Assembly (NCBI GenBank): GCA_965213625.1
Contig: CBDBZU010000004.1
Coordinates: forward strand, 3,328,001 to 3,392,000
Length of the DNA stretch: 64,000 nucleotides
Source: a bacterium
GTDB lineage: Bacteria; UBA8248
Direction of reading: 5' to 3'
Shown: positions 20,419 to 31,842 of the stretch, one piece after another
How positions within the stretch are numbered: position 1 is the first letter of the stretch
How the letters are laid out: every line of letters begins with the position of its first letter
Program-made: the position numbers and the translations under genes
Notes under the pieces: generated by a model
Database searches by the model: none
What the model was told of the DNA's origin: nothing
Seen by the model: only the letters and a program-made list of their open reading frames with translations

Positions 20419-21060
20419 ATGAGTAATGACTTGGTAAATCGATTAAGGAGCTATTCAGCCTGTCAGGCGGCAGACGCTTTTGACAAATTGAAGATCAGGG
20501 GCCACATGCCCGACATTATCCTGTTGTCTCCCGACCCTGATTACAGGATGGTGGGGGAAGCCCATACCGTTCGAATGGTTCCCGCCGGCGGCGGACCGCT
20601 GCCCAAACGCGAGGTGCACCACATCGACGCGGCGCCCGAGGGCAGCATCGTCGTCATCAGCATCCCGCCCGGAGTCACGACGGCCAACTGGGGCGGGATG
20701 ATGACCACGCGGGCGAAGGTGATGAACCTCGCAGGTGTCGTCCTGGACGGCAGGGCAAGGGACATTGAAGAACACCGCCATGCGGGTTTTCCCGTGTTCG
20801 CCAGGGGGGTATCGGTTCACGGCAGCGGCGGGTATACGGTTCCCATCAGTGTGGGAGAGCCGATCAATTGCGGGGGCGTCGCGGTGAGGCAGGGAGACAT
20901 CATTCTTGGCGACGTAAACGGCGTTGTCGTCATCCCCGTGGAAAGGCTCGAGGAAGTCATCGACAAGATGGATGAACTGGCGGAAATCGAAGAAAGAATC
21001 ATCGCGGAACTCGACAAAGGCGTGAGCATTGGTGAGGCATTCTCCAGGCACAGAAACTAG
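20419..21060 (+). CDS. RraA family / HMG-CHA aldolase-like protein
   Basis: WGGMMT, GVVLDGRARD, GDIILGDVNGVVVIP. Confidence 0.9.
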   Translation: MSNDLVNRLRSYSACQAADAFDKLKIRGHMPDIILLSPDPDYRMVGEAHTVRMVPAGGGPLPKREVHHIDAAPEGSIVVISIPPGVTTANWGGMMTTRAKVMNLAGVVLDGRARDIEEHRHAGFPVFARGVSVHGSGGYTVPISVGEPINCGGVAVRQGDIILGDVNGVVVIPVERLEEVIDKMDELAEIEERIIAELDKGVSIGEAFSRHRN

Positions 21061-21193
21061 CACGAGGCCACGATAACCGCCTGAAAGTTTGATTTTGCAA
21101 AATCCGTCCGAAAGAGACGCTTCCATGGCAGCGCCGGATGAAACTGATATAATTACTTCGTCTTTTTACGAATTACGCCCCAGACGTATCCCG

Positions 21194-21856
21194 ATGAATT
21201 TAATGACCAATCCCTCGTGTACTCCCCCCCTGATGGCTCTTATCATCAGCCTCGCAATTTCCTTTCTCCTGAGTGGATGCAGCTTTCTGCCCACTCAAAG
21301 GAGTTATGACACCGAAGGGAAGGGTTCCCACGGCATCGCCTCGTGGTATGGAAATCCCTACCACGGGCGTAAAACGGCGAACGGCGAAACCTACGACATG
21401 CACGCCCTTACTGCCGCGCACCGCACCTTGCCTTTTGGTTCCATCGTACGGGTGCGTAGAAACGACGACGGGCGGGAAGTGCAAGTGCGAATCAACGACC
21501 GGGGACCCTTTTTCATAAACCGTGTCATCGACCTCTCCCGTGAGGCGGCCCGTAGAATCGGCATGCTGCGCAGAGGCACCACCGAGGTTTCCATTGAACC
21601 CCTCTACATTCCCCGAGAGCCGAACCCGAAGTGGATGATCCTGGTGGGCGGGTTTATGGAAAAAACGGAGGCGCAAGAGTTCGCCGATTACTTTCATAGA
21701 AACGGTACGAAATCGGAGATCCGACCGGGCTGGCATGGAAACTACGCCCACTACCACGTGCAGATCAAAGGCCTTACCGGCGAGAGTCAAGCGAAGCGAT
21801 TGGTGGAAAGGCTGCAGCGCAAAGGGTACGGGGCATTCATCGTGCGGTCGAAATAA
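21194..21856 (+). CDS. rlpA: Septal ring lytic transglycosylase RlpA (lipoprotein, DPBB + SPOR)
   Basis: LSGC lipobox, ASWYG, TAAHRTLPFG, INDRGPF, IDLS; start uncertain. Confidence 0.92.
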   Translation: MNLMTNPSCTPPLMALIISLAISFLLSGCSFLPTQRSYDTEGKGSHGIASWYGNPYHGRKTANGETYDMHALTAAHRTLPFGSIVRVRRNDDGREVQVRINDRGPFFINRVIDLSREAARRIGMLRRGTTEVSIEPLYIPREPNPKWMILVGGFMEKTEAQEFADYFHRNGTKSEIRPGWHGNYAHYHVQIKGLTGESQAKRLVERLQRKGYGAFIVRSK

Positions 21857-21861
21857 TCGAT

Positions 21862-23934
21862 TCAGTCCCTATCGAGCGCATGTTCAATCGCGCCCAAGTC
21901 CGTGAGGGGCTCCTTGCATGTAAAATTTTCGCACAGATACACAGCCGCTCGCCCATCCACCATGGATTTTCCATCAAGCAAAGGAACTGCGGCGTCTGTT
22001 TCTTCGCTTGATGATTTGGACTTGAAAGCCAAAACCTTGTTTGGAATGAAACGGGAATCAACGGCCCTGAGAGCCGCTTGTGTATCCTCAGCGTTTCTTT
22101 CACCGACAATCGCCACCTCTACCGGGGAATCAAGATGAAAATCAAGCGCCACCAGCATCATGTGGAAAGCGGCGGGCACGCGGCTCAGATAGTCGCCGAA
22201 CGAGCGCAAAACGCCCTCGCCGCGTTTTGCGAATTCTGCCTCGCCCGTGAATTTCGCCAGCTTCAGTAACGCCAGCGCCGCCACCGAATTCCCGCTCGGA
22301 ACGGCGCCGTCTTGCGTCATCTTCTTCCGCACGATGAGTTGTTCATGATCGTGGGCCGTAAAGAAGAATGCGCCCCCCTCATCATCCCAATAGCGCGATA
22401 TCATTTCCTGCGCCAATTCAGACGCCGCTCGAATCCACCGCGGCTCGAAACTCGCCTCATATAAATCCACCAGCCCCAGGATCAGAAAAGCATAATCATC
22501 CAGATAGGCGTTAAATTTGCTCACGCCCTCCCGGTGGCTTCTCAGCAAGCCGCGCTCCTCGCGCATGTTGTTCAAAATAAATTCAGCCGCTTTGCCCGCT
22601 TCTTCAACGTAAGGGCGGTGCTCCAGAATCCTGCCCGCCAAAGCCATCGAACCGATCATGAGTCCGTTCCAGCTCGTGAGAATTTTATCGTCCAGGCCCG
22701 GCTTTACTCGCCGCTCGCGCTCGGCGAAGAGTTTTGCGCGCCCTCTTTGCAAGACATCAAAGAGCTTCTCTTCGGTGAGCCCCGACTCTTCGGCGAAAAC
22801 GCGGGGTGGTTTCTGAATAAACAAGGCGGAGGTCTTGCCTTCGAAGTTCCCCTCCTCCGTCACGCTGTAGAACCGGCAGAATATGTCGGCTTCTTCTTTG
22901 CCGAGAATCTCTTCTATCTCCTCAGGACGCCATACGAAGAACTTGCCCTCCTCGCCCTCGCTGTCGGCGTCCTGCGCAGAATAAAATCCACCGCTCGGGC
23001 TGGTCATCTCGCGCAAAACGTAATCGAGCGTATCCGTAACCACGGAACGGTAAAACGCGCTTCCCGTCGCCTGGTATGCCTCGAGGTAGACTCTGGACAG
23101 CAGAGCGTTGTCATAAAGCATTTTCTCGAAGTGCGGGATGAGCCAGTAAGCATCCACGCTATAGCGGTGAAAACCTCCTCCGAGTTGATCATACATCCCG
23201 CCCAGCGCCATCCTCTGGAGTGTAATCTCGACCATTTTCAGCAATTCCTGATCCGGGGACCGTTTCCATTTTCTTAAAAGGAGCATCAGCGCCATGGAGG
23301 GCGGGAATTTTGGAGCGCTCCCGAAACCGCCCCAGGTGGAATCGAATCGTTCCTTTAATTCCTGAGCAGCCTGGTCGATCCACTCGGCTTTCAAATCACC
23401 TTCAGCTGGCGTTACGACCCCCATTTGCTGCAGATTCGCAGTGATGCTCTCTGCGTTCGTATGCAATTCGTCCTGTCTCGTCTGGTAAATTTCGGCCAGC
23501 TTCATGAGCACGTTTTTAAAGCCGGGCCTCCCCCATTTGTCATCCGGCGGAAAATACGTGCCCCCGAAAAAGGGCCTCAAATCCGGGAGCAGGAAAACGC
23601 TCATCGGCCAACCACCCTGGCCCGTCATCATCTGCACCGCTTCCATATAAATGCCGTCGATATCGGGGCGTTCTTCCCGGTCCACCTTGATGGAGACGAA
23701 ATGCTCATTCAGGATGTCGGCGATTCCCTCATCCTCGAAGCTCTCATGCTCCATCACGTGGCACCAATGACAGGCGGAATAGCCGACGGACAAGAAAATG
23801 GGCTTGTTCTCATCTCTTGATTTACGGAGCGCGTCCTCGCCCCAGGGATACCACTGCACCGGATTGTTTTGATGCTGCAAGAGATATGGGCTCGTCTCCT
23901 GTGCGAGGCGGTTCTTCTGCCGGGGTTGATTCAT
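21862..23934 (-). CDS. Thioredoxin domain-containing protein, YyaL/SSP411 family
   Basis: [32 protein letters not shown]; SD GAGGA before ATG 23934. Confidence 0.95.
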   Translation of the reverse strand: MNQPRQKNRLAQETSPYLLQHQNNPVQWYPWGEDALRKSRDENKPIFLSVGYSACHWCHVMEHESFEDEGIADILNEHFVSIKVDREERPDIDGIYMEAVQMMTGQGGWPMSVFLLPDLRPFFGGTYFPPDDKWGRPGFKNVLMKLAEIYQTRQDELHTNAESITANLQQMGVVTPAEGDLKAEWIDQAAQELKERFDSTWGGFGSAPKFPPSMALMLLLRKWKRSPDQELLKMVEITLQRMALGGMYDQLGGGFHRYSVDAYWLIPHFEKMLYDNALLSRVYLEAYQATGSAFYRSVVTDTLDYVLREMTSPSGGFYSAQDADSEGEEGKFFVWRPEEIEEILGKEEADIFCRFYSVTEEGNFEGKTSALFIQKPPRVFAEESGLTEEKLFDVLQRGRAKLFAERERRVKPGLDDKILTSWNGLMIGSMALAGRILEHRPYVEEAGKAAEFILNNMREERGLLRSHREGVSKFNAYLDDYAFLILGLVDLYEASFEPRWIRAASELAQEMISRYWDDEGGAFFFTAHDHEQLIVRKKMTQDGAVPSGNSVAALALLKLAKFTGEAEFAKRGEGVLRSFGDYLSRVPAAFHMMLVALDFHLDSPVEVAIVGERNAEDTQAALRAVDSRFIPNKVLAFKSKSSSEETDAAVPLLDGKSMVDGRAAVYLCENFTCKEPLTDLGAIEHALDRD

Positions 23935-24007
23935 GAATTCCTCATGTAAGTAGATAAAAGTCCGCTGACCAAGAAAATACGCCTGCCGACAGGGTATGGG
24001 AGAATGA

Positions 24008-24511
24008 TCAACAAAACAATTCGGGCTGCGGAGCGATTTGCACGTGTGTCTCCACGCGGCCGTCCCCGCGAATATGCGATATGTTTTCGCCGCAACTCTC
24101 CGTCCAAGCCGCCGATACCAGATGCAGGCGATGACAGTTTCTCGGGTTCTCCTCCGCACAAAGAACCGCCGTGGGTTCTTTTCCCACTTGCGTTCTCAAG
24201 CGCTCCATCGCAAGGATGAAACTCTCATCACGCCTCACTTTCTTCCAGTCGATACGCCTATCAGAGCCAAAGAATTCTGGGTTTTCACTAAAGTTGCGTT
24301 TCCCGCCCAGCGCCTCTCCTTCCCAAACGTATGCGATATTTCGCGATGAGAGGCTTTGTCTCATCTTCTCTCTACTAAACTGTGGATTTCTCCTGCTGTA
24401 GGGGATGCTGCGAACATCCACAACGCATGCGATCTCATGACGAGCTAGCAAGTCAAGGAATTTCTCCGCGTTGTGGTTGCTGTGGCCTATCGTCCAGAGC
24501 GGGTGCTTCAT
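24008..24511 (-). CDS. DUF488 family protein
   Basis: [28 protein letters not shown]; ATGA overlap with upstream gene. Confidence 0.9.
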   Translation of the reverse strand: MKHPLWTIGHSNHNAEKFLDLLARHEIACVVDVRSIPYSRRNPQFSREKMRQSLSSRNIAYVWEGEALGGKRNFSENPEFFGSDRRIDWKKVRRDESFILAMERLRTQVGKEPTAVLCAEENPRNCHRLHLVSAAWTESCGENISHIRGDGRVETHVQIAPQPELFC

Positions 24512-25848
24512 GCGAGACCCTCCATGAGAGTTGCCGCAATCTCGCAACCCCGATGAAATATCTCCACGTCGATATTCTCATCAGGCGCATGGGCGTTCGA
24601 ATCCGCATTGGCGAGGGGGAACCAGACGGAAGGGATCCCTAAATCCTTCGTAAACATACTGTCGGGAACGCTACCGCCGAAATTGGGGTAGATGATCGGT
24701 TCAACCCCGTAACCGCCGACGGCTTGGATCACCTTTTGAACATAGAGGTTGTCCGCGGGCGTTTTGCTCGGGTCGAACGTGGCCATCTTGCGTACTTCGA
24801 TATCATCGAAACCTTCAGCTCTTAAAAATGAACACACATCATCGAACAGCTTATCCGGGTCCTGCTCCACGACGAGGCGGAAATCCAGCTTGGCGCGCGC
24901 GGAACCTGGCAGGACCGTTTTCATGCCATCGTTGGAATACCCTCCTTGAAATCCACAAATGTTCAGGTTCGGCTGGGTGAGAACTTTCCTGTAAAAGGCG
25001 GAAAGATCCGGAATACGGGAGGCGCCTTCTCCGATGACGGCCCGTAGCTCCGCCTCCGGATCAGGAATTCCTTCCAGCGCATCCTGATCCGCATCCCCTA
25101 TCGGGAGCACTGACTTATAAAACCCCGGCACGCGCACCCTTCCCTCATCATCTCGCAGGCATTGCACAGCCTCCATGAGGCGCCAGAACGGGTTCGGCGC
25201 TGGCCCTCCATAAGACCCGGAATGGAGGTCTTTTCCGACGCCGCGCGAGATTAGTTCGATATAGAGCAATCCCCTGCAGCCCATAGAGAGGGTCGGCCTA
25301 CCCGAGGGGTGTACGGAGCCATCGGATGAGCAGGCGATATCGGCTTTCAACAAGTCTGTGTTCGACTGTATGAATTTCCTCAAGTTTGGGGAGCCCATCT
25401 CTTCTTCCCCTTCAATCAAAAACTTGAGGTTGATTGGCATTTTTGTGTTCGTCTGGTGGTAGGCTTCAACAGCCTTGATCTGGGCGAAATGCTGGCCCTT
25501 GTTGTCTCCCGAACCACGTGCGTAGAGGCGGCCATTTCGAACCTGGGGTTCAAATGGTTCGGAACTCCAGCCCTCGGAAATATCAGCCGGCTGAACGTCA
25601 TAGTGGCCATATATCAGCATGGTCGGAGCATCCGGAGGCCCCTTCACCTCTCCGTATACGAGAGAAATACCGTCGGTCGGCAGAATTTGCACCTCGATGC
25701 CAGCTCTACTCATCAACTGGACGAGATGCTCCGCCGCCTCCTCGACACCAATACCCAACGTGCTGATAGAGGGTATCTTGAGGTATTCGATGAGTTCCGC
25801 CAGGCTCTGCTCCCTTCTCGCTCGCAGAAAATCAATCACCGCCGCCAT
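24508..25848 (-). CDS. M20/M25/M40 metallo-hydrolase (dipeptidase-like)
   Basis: YGHYDVQP, ARGSGDNKG, EGEEEMGS, DLHSG, HAPDE. Confidence 0.93.
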   Translation of the reverse strand: MAAVIDFLRARREQSLAELIEYLKIPSISTLGIGVEEAAEHLVQLMSRAGIEVQILPTDGISLVYGEVKGPPDAPTMLIYGHYDVQPADISEGWSSEPFEPQVRNGRLYARGSGDNKGQHFAQIKAVEAYHQTNTKMPINLKFLIEGEEEMGSPNLRKFIQSNTDLLKADIACSSDGSVHPSGRPTLSMGCRGLLYIELISRGVGKDLHSGSYGGPAPNPFWRLMEAVQCLRDDEGRVRVPGFYKSVLPIGDADQDALEGIPDPEAELRAVIGEGASRIPDLSAFYRKVLTQPNLNICGFQGGYSNDGMKTVLPGSARAKLDFRLVVEQDPDKLFDDVCSFLRAEGFDDIEVRKMATFDPSKTPADNLYVQKVIQAVGGYGVEPIIYPNFGGSVPDSMFTKDLGIPSVWFPLANADSNAHAPDENIDVEIFHRGCEIAATLMEGLA

Positions 25849-25970
25849 TCATTTCTCCTTCACATAAGCTATGTTCGCCGAGATGTTGCCGAATTCGTCC
25901 GCTCAGATTATTCTCAGAGATGGCATGAACCTGCCAATTCTTTTGCCGCCGTGCAAAAACTGGATTTCGC

Positions 25971-26981
25971 ATGATTCGATCTGTACTTAGCATAATGCAT
26001 CGCTTCTTCAAGATCATCCGCATAAAGTCCCTATTGCTTTTCATCATCGTCGTGCTGATGGTGACGAGTTGCGCCCGACCCCGCACCTTGAACCTGGCTC
26101 CTGCTCCTGCTGGAAACCACGACCACCAGGAGAACTACGTCGAACTGCCATCGAGCATCGAAAACGCATCCATGACGGGATATCTGGTACGTCCTTCGAA
26201 AGATGGGAGATATCCTTGCGTCGTATTGCTGCACGGAAAAGGCGGTTGGTGGCGGGCATACATCCGCTACGCCCGAAAACTTGCGAGCCATGGATTCTCA
26301 TCCCTGGTCATCAATTATTACTCTGTGCACCAGGTGGACCTCGAGGGTCTAAGAACACCTTTCGTTCAAAGAAAATCAAATTTCGAACGCCAGAATGAAG
26401 ACATCAACCGAGCCGTTTCCGCCTTTGCGAAAAGCGCGCATTGCATACAAGACAAGATTGGTCTCATCGGCTTCTCACTCGGTGCAGACAAAGCGTTCCG
26501 TGCTGCCGCGTCACTCCCAGTTGTGAAGGCCGTGGTGGCCTACTATGGCCCCTATGATTATGAGGCTCTCATCAAAAAGCGCATCAACGCCGTGGTGCTC
26601 GCTCTGGCGACTGAGGATTTGCTGCGCTGGAAAGAATATCTGGAACTTCACAGCCCCGCCAATAAGATACAGAACACAAATGCTTCGGCCTTGATGTTTC
26701 ATGGCGTGGCGGATGGGCTCATTCCTGTCCAGCAATCTTTCACGATGATGAAAAAACTGCGAGCGAGAGGAGCAGGCAACGCCCAATTGAAACTTTACGA
26801 GGGCACCGGCCACAATTTCGTTCTCAGAAGGAGAACTCCTCGGGAAAGAGAAGACTCGATTCGGCTCGCGTTGCTTTTTCTCAAAGATCACTTGCCCCGT
26901 AGCGAAGAAACCCCCGAACCAAAAGAATTGAGAAAAAAACGGGCCGATTTTCATTCTGAAACCGAAAAACAAGATAGTTGA
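25971..26981 (+). CDS. Dienelactone hydrolase-like alpha/beta hydrolase, probable lipoprotein
   Basis: VTSC lipobox-like, GFSLGA nucleophile elbow, HGVAD, GHNF. Confidence 0.82.
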   Translation: MIRSVLSIMHRFFKIIRIKSLLLFIIVVLMVTSCARPRTLNLAPAPAGNHDHQENYVELPSSIENASMTGYLVRPSKDGRYPCVVLLHGKGGWWRAYIRYARKLASHGFSSLVINYYSVHQVDLEGLRTPFVQRKSNFERQNEDINRAVSAFAKSAHCIQDKIGLIGFSLGADKAFRAAASLPVVKAVVAYYGPYDYEALIKKRINAVVLALATEDLLRWKEYLELHSPANKIQNTNASALMFHGVADGLIPVQQSFTMMKKLRARGAGNAQLKLYEGTGHNFVLRRRTPREREDSIRLALLFLKDHLPRSEETPEPKELRKKRADFHSETEKQDS

Positions 26982-26987
26982 CATATC

Positions 26988-29204
26988 ATGGATACGACAC
27001 CAGACGGCAGACACGGCAAGAGTGAATCCTGGGTTCGCGAATGGGTGGGCTGGAGTGAACTCACCCCCGCCGGGAACGTGGAAGCGGGTGCGTGGGGCAT
27101 TTGGACGATCACTTACCACGTTGGCAGATACGGCGTGGACGATGGCGGGACAATCATCCTTTCGCGACGTTTCGCCAGTGATTGGGCCAAACCGCAAACC
27201 GACACGCCTGGTGAACCTCACTATGTGAAGGTGAACACGAGTGGAAGCGCTTCCCTAAGGGCAAGATGGGACCCGAAATCGAACATCAGGCCTTGGCAGC
27301 AAGGCTTGGCAATCGATGTATTTGACAGCTATCTCGCGGAAGGAGATACGGTAACCATCGTTCTGGGAGACCAAAGCGGGGGCGGAGCGGGAACCCGTGC
27401 TCAAACCTTTTGCGAAAACAATTTCCGTTTCAGGCTATTCGTCGATTGCTTCGGCTCGAATCGTTTCATTGAGGCAGCCGATACGCCCGCCTTCTCCATT
27501 GTCCCTGGGAAACCCGCCCGCCTCGTCATTCATGGGCCAACCGAACAAGCACCTGATGAATCTTCGTGGATGCAGGTGAAACTCGAAGACATCTGGGGAA
27601 ATCCATGCTGCGGCATAGATGCGCAAGTTTCGCTCACCGCCGCGGGGGGAATCTGCGAAGGGCTGCCCGGAATTGTTCGGTTCAAACGTGACGAGCCGGC
27701 CGTAGCTCGCCTGGAAAATCTGCGTTGGGAAACAGGAAAATGGGGGCGCATACGAGGCGACGCAGGGGACGGCATCCCTCCTGCATACAGCAATTACTTA
27801 TACGCCATGGAGAAAACCCACCAATGGCGGCCATTCTGGGGCGACCTCCACGGCCAGAGCGAAGAGACGGTGGGCACAAATACTGCGGATGATTACTTTG
27901 CTTTCGCCCGTGATATGGCCGGAGCGCAATTTTCCTGCCACCAAGGAAACGATTTTCAAGTCTCGAAAGATACCTGGAGCGCCATTCGAGCGGCCACGAA
28001 GAAATACAACGAGCCGGGTCGCTTCGTCACGTTCCTGGGAGTCGAATGGTCCGCCGTAACGGGAATGGGCGGGGACAGAAACGTCATGTATCTAGGTGAC
28101 GACGGCCCTCTGCACCGTACCAGCCATTGGCAACTGGAGGACTGGACCGATCAAGAAACAGACAGATATCCCCTAGATGCACTCTATGGCGCCCTGGAAG
28201 GCCGCCGGGACGTCACCCTGATCCCCCACATCGGGGGCCGGCGGGCCAGCCTGGACTATCACCATGTAGAACTCGAACGCGTCATGGAGATATATTCCTC
28301 CTGGGGACGATTCGAATGGTTCGTGGAGGAAGCCCTGGAAAAGGGCTGGCGCGTGGGCATCACGGCAGGGAGCGATGGGCACAAGGGCCGACCGGGAGCC
28401 AGTTACCCGGGAGCTGCGATTTTCGGGGTCTATGGCGGTTACGCCTGCTTCTATGCGGAAGAACTCACGCGTGAGAGCCTCTGGGAAGCGGTTCTGGCAA
28501 GACGCGTCTACGCAACAACAGGGAAGAAAATTCATCTCTCCTTCTCGGCAGGCGAACATTTCATGGGAGAGGAATATGAATCCTCCACTCCCCCAGCGTT
28601 CAAGGTACATGCCATGGGAGAGTGCGGCATCGAGTCGATAGAGCTAAAGCGCGCCTCGCAAACCATATCCTCTTACCGCCCCAAAGATGCGGCTGCCGAA
28701 CATTCCGATTGGTTCCGTGTCTCCTGGAGCGGCGCCCGTATACACCAGCGTAATCGACAAACCCACTGGCACGGCGGTTTGCGGGTCGATAAAGGGAGAA
28801 TCGAAGAGCCCAGAAACTGGCAAGTGGACAACCTCGAAGAAGGCATACAGTCAGCCGATGAGCGTAATATCCGGTGGTTGAGCCGCACGACCGGGGATGC
28901 GGACGGCGTCGAATTCCGCCTTTCAGGCGGGGAAGGCGCAACGCTCTCCTTCGAAACTGATGTCGTTTCCTTTGATGTAAAACTCGATGACATCGGGGCC
29001 GTTCCGTATGTGGTGGACGCAGGCGGCGTTCGCCAACAAGTGGAAGTGCAGCGCATCTGCCCAACGCCAGGGAATCCTTACGCGAGTGTCACATTCGACG
29101 TCAATGAAAATGATTTTCATGACGGCTGGAACCCTTATTTCATCCGCCTGATGCAAGAAGACGGGGCATTGGCCTGGAGCAGCCCCATTTTCACAAAAAG
29201 GTAA
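26988..29204 (+). CDS. DUF3604 domain PHP-like metallohydrolase
   Basis: WGDLHGQS, GSDGHKGRPG, RRVYATTG, AWSSPI. Confidence 0.85.
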   Translation: MDTTPDGRHGKSESWVREWVGWSELTPAGNVEAGAWGIWTITYHVGRYGVDDGGTIILSRRFASDWAKPQTDTPGEPHYVKVNTSGSASLRARWDPKSNIRPWQQGLAIDVFDSYLAEGDTVTIVLGDQSGGGAGTRAQTFCENNFRFRLFVDCFGSNRFIEAADTPAFSIVPGKPARLVIHGPTEQAPDESSWMQVKLEDIWGNPCCGIDAQVSLTAAGGICEGLPGIVRFKRDEPAVARLENLRWETGKWGRIRGDAGDGIPPAYSNYLYAMEKTHQWRPFWGDLHGQSEETVGTNTADDYFAFARDMAGAQFSCHQGNDFQVSKDTWSAIRAATKKYNEPGRFVTFLGVEWSAVTGMGGDRNVMYLGDDGPLHRTSHWQLEDWTDQETDRYPLDALYGALEGRRDVTLIPHIGGRRASLDYHHVELERVMEIYSSWGRFEWFVEEALEKGWRVGITAGSDGHKGRPGASYPGAAIFGVYGGYACFYAEELTRESLWEAVLARRVYATTGKKIHLSFSAGEHFMGEEYESSTPPAFKVHAMGECGIESIELKRASQTISSYRPKDAAAEHSDWFRVSWSGARIHQRNRQTHWHGGLRVDKGRIEEPRNWQVDNLEEGIQSADERNIRWLSRTTGDADGVEFRLSGGEGATLSFETDVVSFDVKLDDIGAVPYVVDAGGVRQQVEVQRICPTPGNPYASVTFDVNENDFHDGWNPYFIRLMQEDGALAWSSPIFTKR

Positions 29205-29208
29205 AACA

Positions 29209-29934
29209 ATGACTGAGCAACAACTTCCCGCTCTCGATGAAAATTGGGAACGTGCGCTGGCCATCGTGGCTCATCCTGACGACATGGAATTCGGCGCATC
29301 GAGTGCAATTGCCAGATGGACGTCACAAGGCAAAATAATTTCATACATCCTCATGACGAGTGGGGAGGCGGGCATCGACGGTATGTCGCCGGTAGAAGCC
29401 GGCCCCGCAAGAGAAGAGGAACAAATGAAAAGCGCCGCCATCGTCGGTGTGGATAAGGTGGAATTCCTCGGCTATTCGGATGGGGTCATCGAGTACAATC
29501 TGAAATTAAGACGCGACCTTACCCGCAAAATCAGAGCGTTTCGGCCTAATGTCGTAATCACGCTTTCACACCACCTCACCTGGCCGGGCGGTCCGTTGAA
29601 CATGGCGGATCATCGCTGGCTAGCATATGGCGTGATGGACGCTAGCCGCGATGCCGGAAACCGCTGGATTTTCCCCGAACTGCTGGACGAGGAGCTGGAA
29701 CCCTGGGCGGGCGTTCGCATGGTTTTACTCAGCGGCTCTCCTGATCCCACACATGCCGTGGATGTCACTGAGTACCTCGACAAAGGAATCGAATCCTTAC
29801 AAGCCCATAAGCTCTACATCGACAATCTCGCGCAAGGTTTCGACCCCGTCGGGTTTCTCACCCAGGCGACCGCCGTAACAGGGAAACTCGCCGGTTTTGA
29901 ATATGCGGTATCTTTCGAGGCGATTTCGATATAA
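29209..29934 (+). CDS. PIG-L family deacetylase
   Basis: AHPDD and DH motifs. Confidence 0.92.
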   Translation: MTEQQLPALDENWERALAIVAHPDDMEFGASSAIARWTSQGKIISYILMTSGEAGIDGMSPVEAGPAREEEQMKSAAIVGVDKVEFLGYSDGVIEYNLKLRRDLTRKIRAFRPNVVITLSHHLTWPGGPLNMADHRWLAYGVMDASRDAGNRWIFPELLDEELEPWAGVRMVLLSGSPDPTHAVDVTEYLDKGIESLQAHKLYIDNLAQGFDPVGFLTQATAVTGKLAGFEYAVSFEAISI

Positions 29935-30054
29935 ATAACTGAAAAAAATTGCCGCTCAAGGCTATATCTTCACCAGCGAATTGGGTAGTATTCGCCTGCG
30001 GTTGGGCTGCAATGCGATTTGTTAAATTGATTGATATATCCAATGAGGAATTGA

Positions 30055-30999
30055 ATGCTTGATGATGCAACAAAACAAGAGTTAAAGGAAAAACATTACA
30101 ACGCCACAGTAGCCGATATCGTCTGGCAGCATGAGACGCTCGCATGTTTTCGCGTCAAACCCGATTTCAACTTTCCCGACTATAAATCGGGGCAATATAC
30201 GACGCTGGGACTGGGCAACTGGGAGCCCCGCCACGAAGACGCCGTCAAAGAAAAAGAGCTCGACGAGAAAAGAATCCGGCGATTGGGCAGGCGCGCCTAT
30301 TCCGTATCTCACCCTGTGGTCAACGGAGCGGGAGAACTGTATCCGCTAGAAGACCTGGATTTTCTGGAATTCTACATCGTCATGGTTATCGGCGAGGAAG
30401 GCGAACCAGCGCCGCTCCTTACTCCAAGACTCTTCCTCCTGAAACCAGGCGACCGTATCCACATGGGCCAAAAATTTACCGGTGAATACACGCTCGAATG
30501 CATGAACGATATTCGAGACGACGAAAACTCTCTTGTCGTCTTCGCTGGCACGGGAACGGGAGAAGGCCCGCACAACCACATGATTTGGGAACTTCTTCGC
30601 ACGGGCTACAAAGGCCAAATCGCCAGCATCAACGTCGTACGATACAATAACGACCTTGCATACGAACCCCTATACAGAGAACTCGAGAATAAATACCCCC
30701 AGCTTACATATCACGCGCTCACCACGCGCGAGGCGGATACTATACACAACAAAGTGTATGTACAGGACTATCTGGCTACAGGTGCGTTCGAAGATAATAT
30801 CGGTCGCAAAATGGACCCTGCGAACACGCATTTGTTCTTGTGCGGAAACCCTGCCATGATCGGAATCCCCAAAGTTCGTGAAGGCGAGAAGATATGGCCG
30901 GAAGGCGGACCGGGCGTTATCCAGATCATGGAAGATCGCGGCTTCACGATGGACTATGGCCAAACAAAGGGAAACATCCATTACGAGAAATACTGGTAA
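30055..30999 (+). CDS. Ferredoxin--NADP(+) reductase
   Basis: RRAYS, GTGTGEGP, LCGNPAMI, C-terminal EKYW. Confidence 0.9.
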   Translation: MLDDATKQELKEKHYNATVADIVWQHETLACFRVKPDFNFPDYKSGQYTTLGLGNWEPRHEDAVKEKELDEKRIRRLGRRAYSVSHPVVNGAGELYPLEDLDFLEFYIVMVIGEEGEPAPLLTPRLFLLKPGDRIHMGQKFTGEYTLECMNDIRDDENSLVVFAGTGTGEGPHNHMIWELLRTGYKGQIASINVVRYNNDLAYEPLYRELENKYPQLTYHALTTREADTIHNKVYVQDYLATGAFEDNIGRKMDPANTHLFLCGNPAMIGIPKVREGEKIWPEGGPGVIQIMEDRGFTMDYGQTKGNIHYEKYW

Positions 31000-31055
31000 A
31001 ACCTATTTTTCACAAATCACCTCGGCTCATGTAAACGAATTCCGCAGGAGGCCCA

Positions 31056-31835
31056 ATGCCCGATCTTATTCATGAAGCCGAGGGCGCACTCTCCATCTTG
31101 AAGTTCAACAGAAAAGACGTTCGCAACGCCATCAACGAAGAAATCATGCAGGGACTTACAGACGTCCTGGACAACCTTGAGGCTTCAGATGAACTGAGAG
31201 CCGTCATCCTCACAGGTGCGGGCGAGGAGGCATTCTGCTCGGGCGGCGACTTGAAATGGCTACAGTCTTTCGAGTCTCGTGACGAAGGAATGGGTATGAG
31301 CATGCGCATGCAGGGAATCCTAGGACGCTTGTCAGCGTTGCCGGTGCCCGTCATAGCCGTTTTGAATGGATACGCTCTGGGCGGCGGGACCGAAATCGCC
31401 ATGGCCTGCGACATGCGGGTCATCGAAAAACACGCCTACATGAGCTTCAAGCAAGCCCGCGTGGGTCTCATGACGGGCTGGGGAGGCGGGGGTCGTCTTG
31501 TTCGGGCCATCGGCTATGGACGCGCGATGGAGTTGTTGACCACATGCAAGGAATTGCACCCGGAAGACGCGATGGAGATGGGACTCGCATGCGCCGTCGT
31601 GCCCAGAGGAGACGGTCTTTGCGTCGCCAAGGCGATGGTGGATGATATTTCCAAAAGCGCGCCGGGGGCTATCCGTTCTTTGAAGGAATTGCTCTTATTC
31701 GGATTAGAAAATACACTGGATGAAACGACGGTTTTGGAATCGTCGCTATTTGCCGATCTATGGGTGTCAGAAGATCATGATGAGGCGGTAAAAGCGTTTT
31801 TTGAAAAGCGAAGCCCCGTTTTCAAGGGGAGGTAA
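31056..31835 (+). CDS. Enoyl-CoA hydratase/isomerase family protein
   Basis: AFCSGGDL, ALGGGTEIAMACD, C-terminal FFEKRSPVFKGR. Confidence 0.93.
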   Translation: MPDLIHEAEGALSILKFNRKDVRNAINEEIMQGLTDVLDNLEASDELRAVILTGAGEEAFCSGGDLKWLQSFESRDEGMGMSMRMQGILGRLSALPVPVIAVLNGYALGGGTEIAMACDMRVIEKHAYMSFKQARVGLMTGWGGGGRLVRAIGYGRAMELLTTCKELHPEDAMEMGLACAVVPRGDGLCVAKAMVDDISKSAPGAIRSLKELLLFGLENTLDETTVLESSLFADLWVSEDHDEAVKAFFEKRSPVFKGR

Positions 31836-31842
31836 CCGCGAA

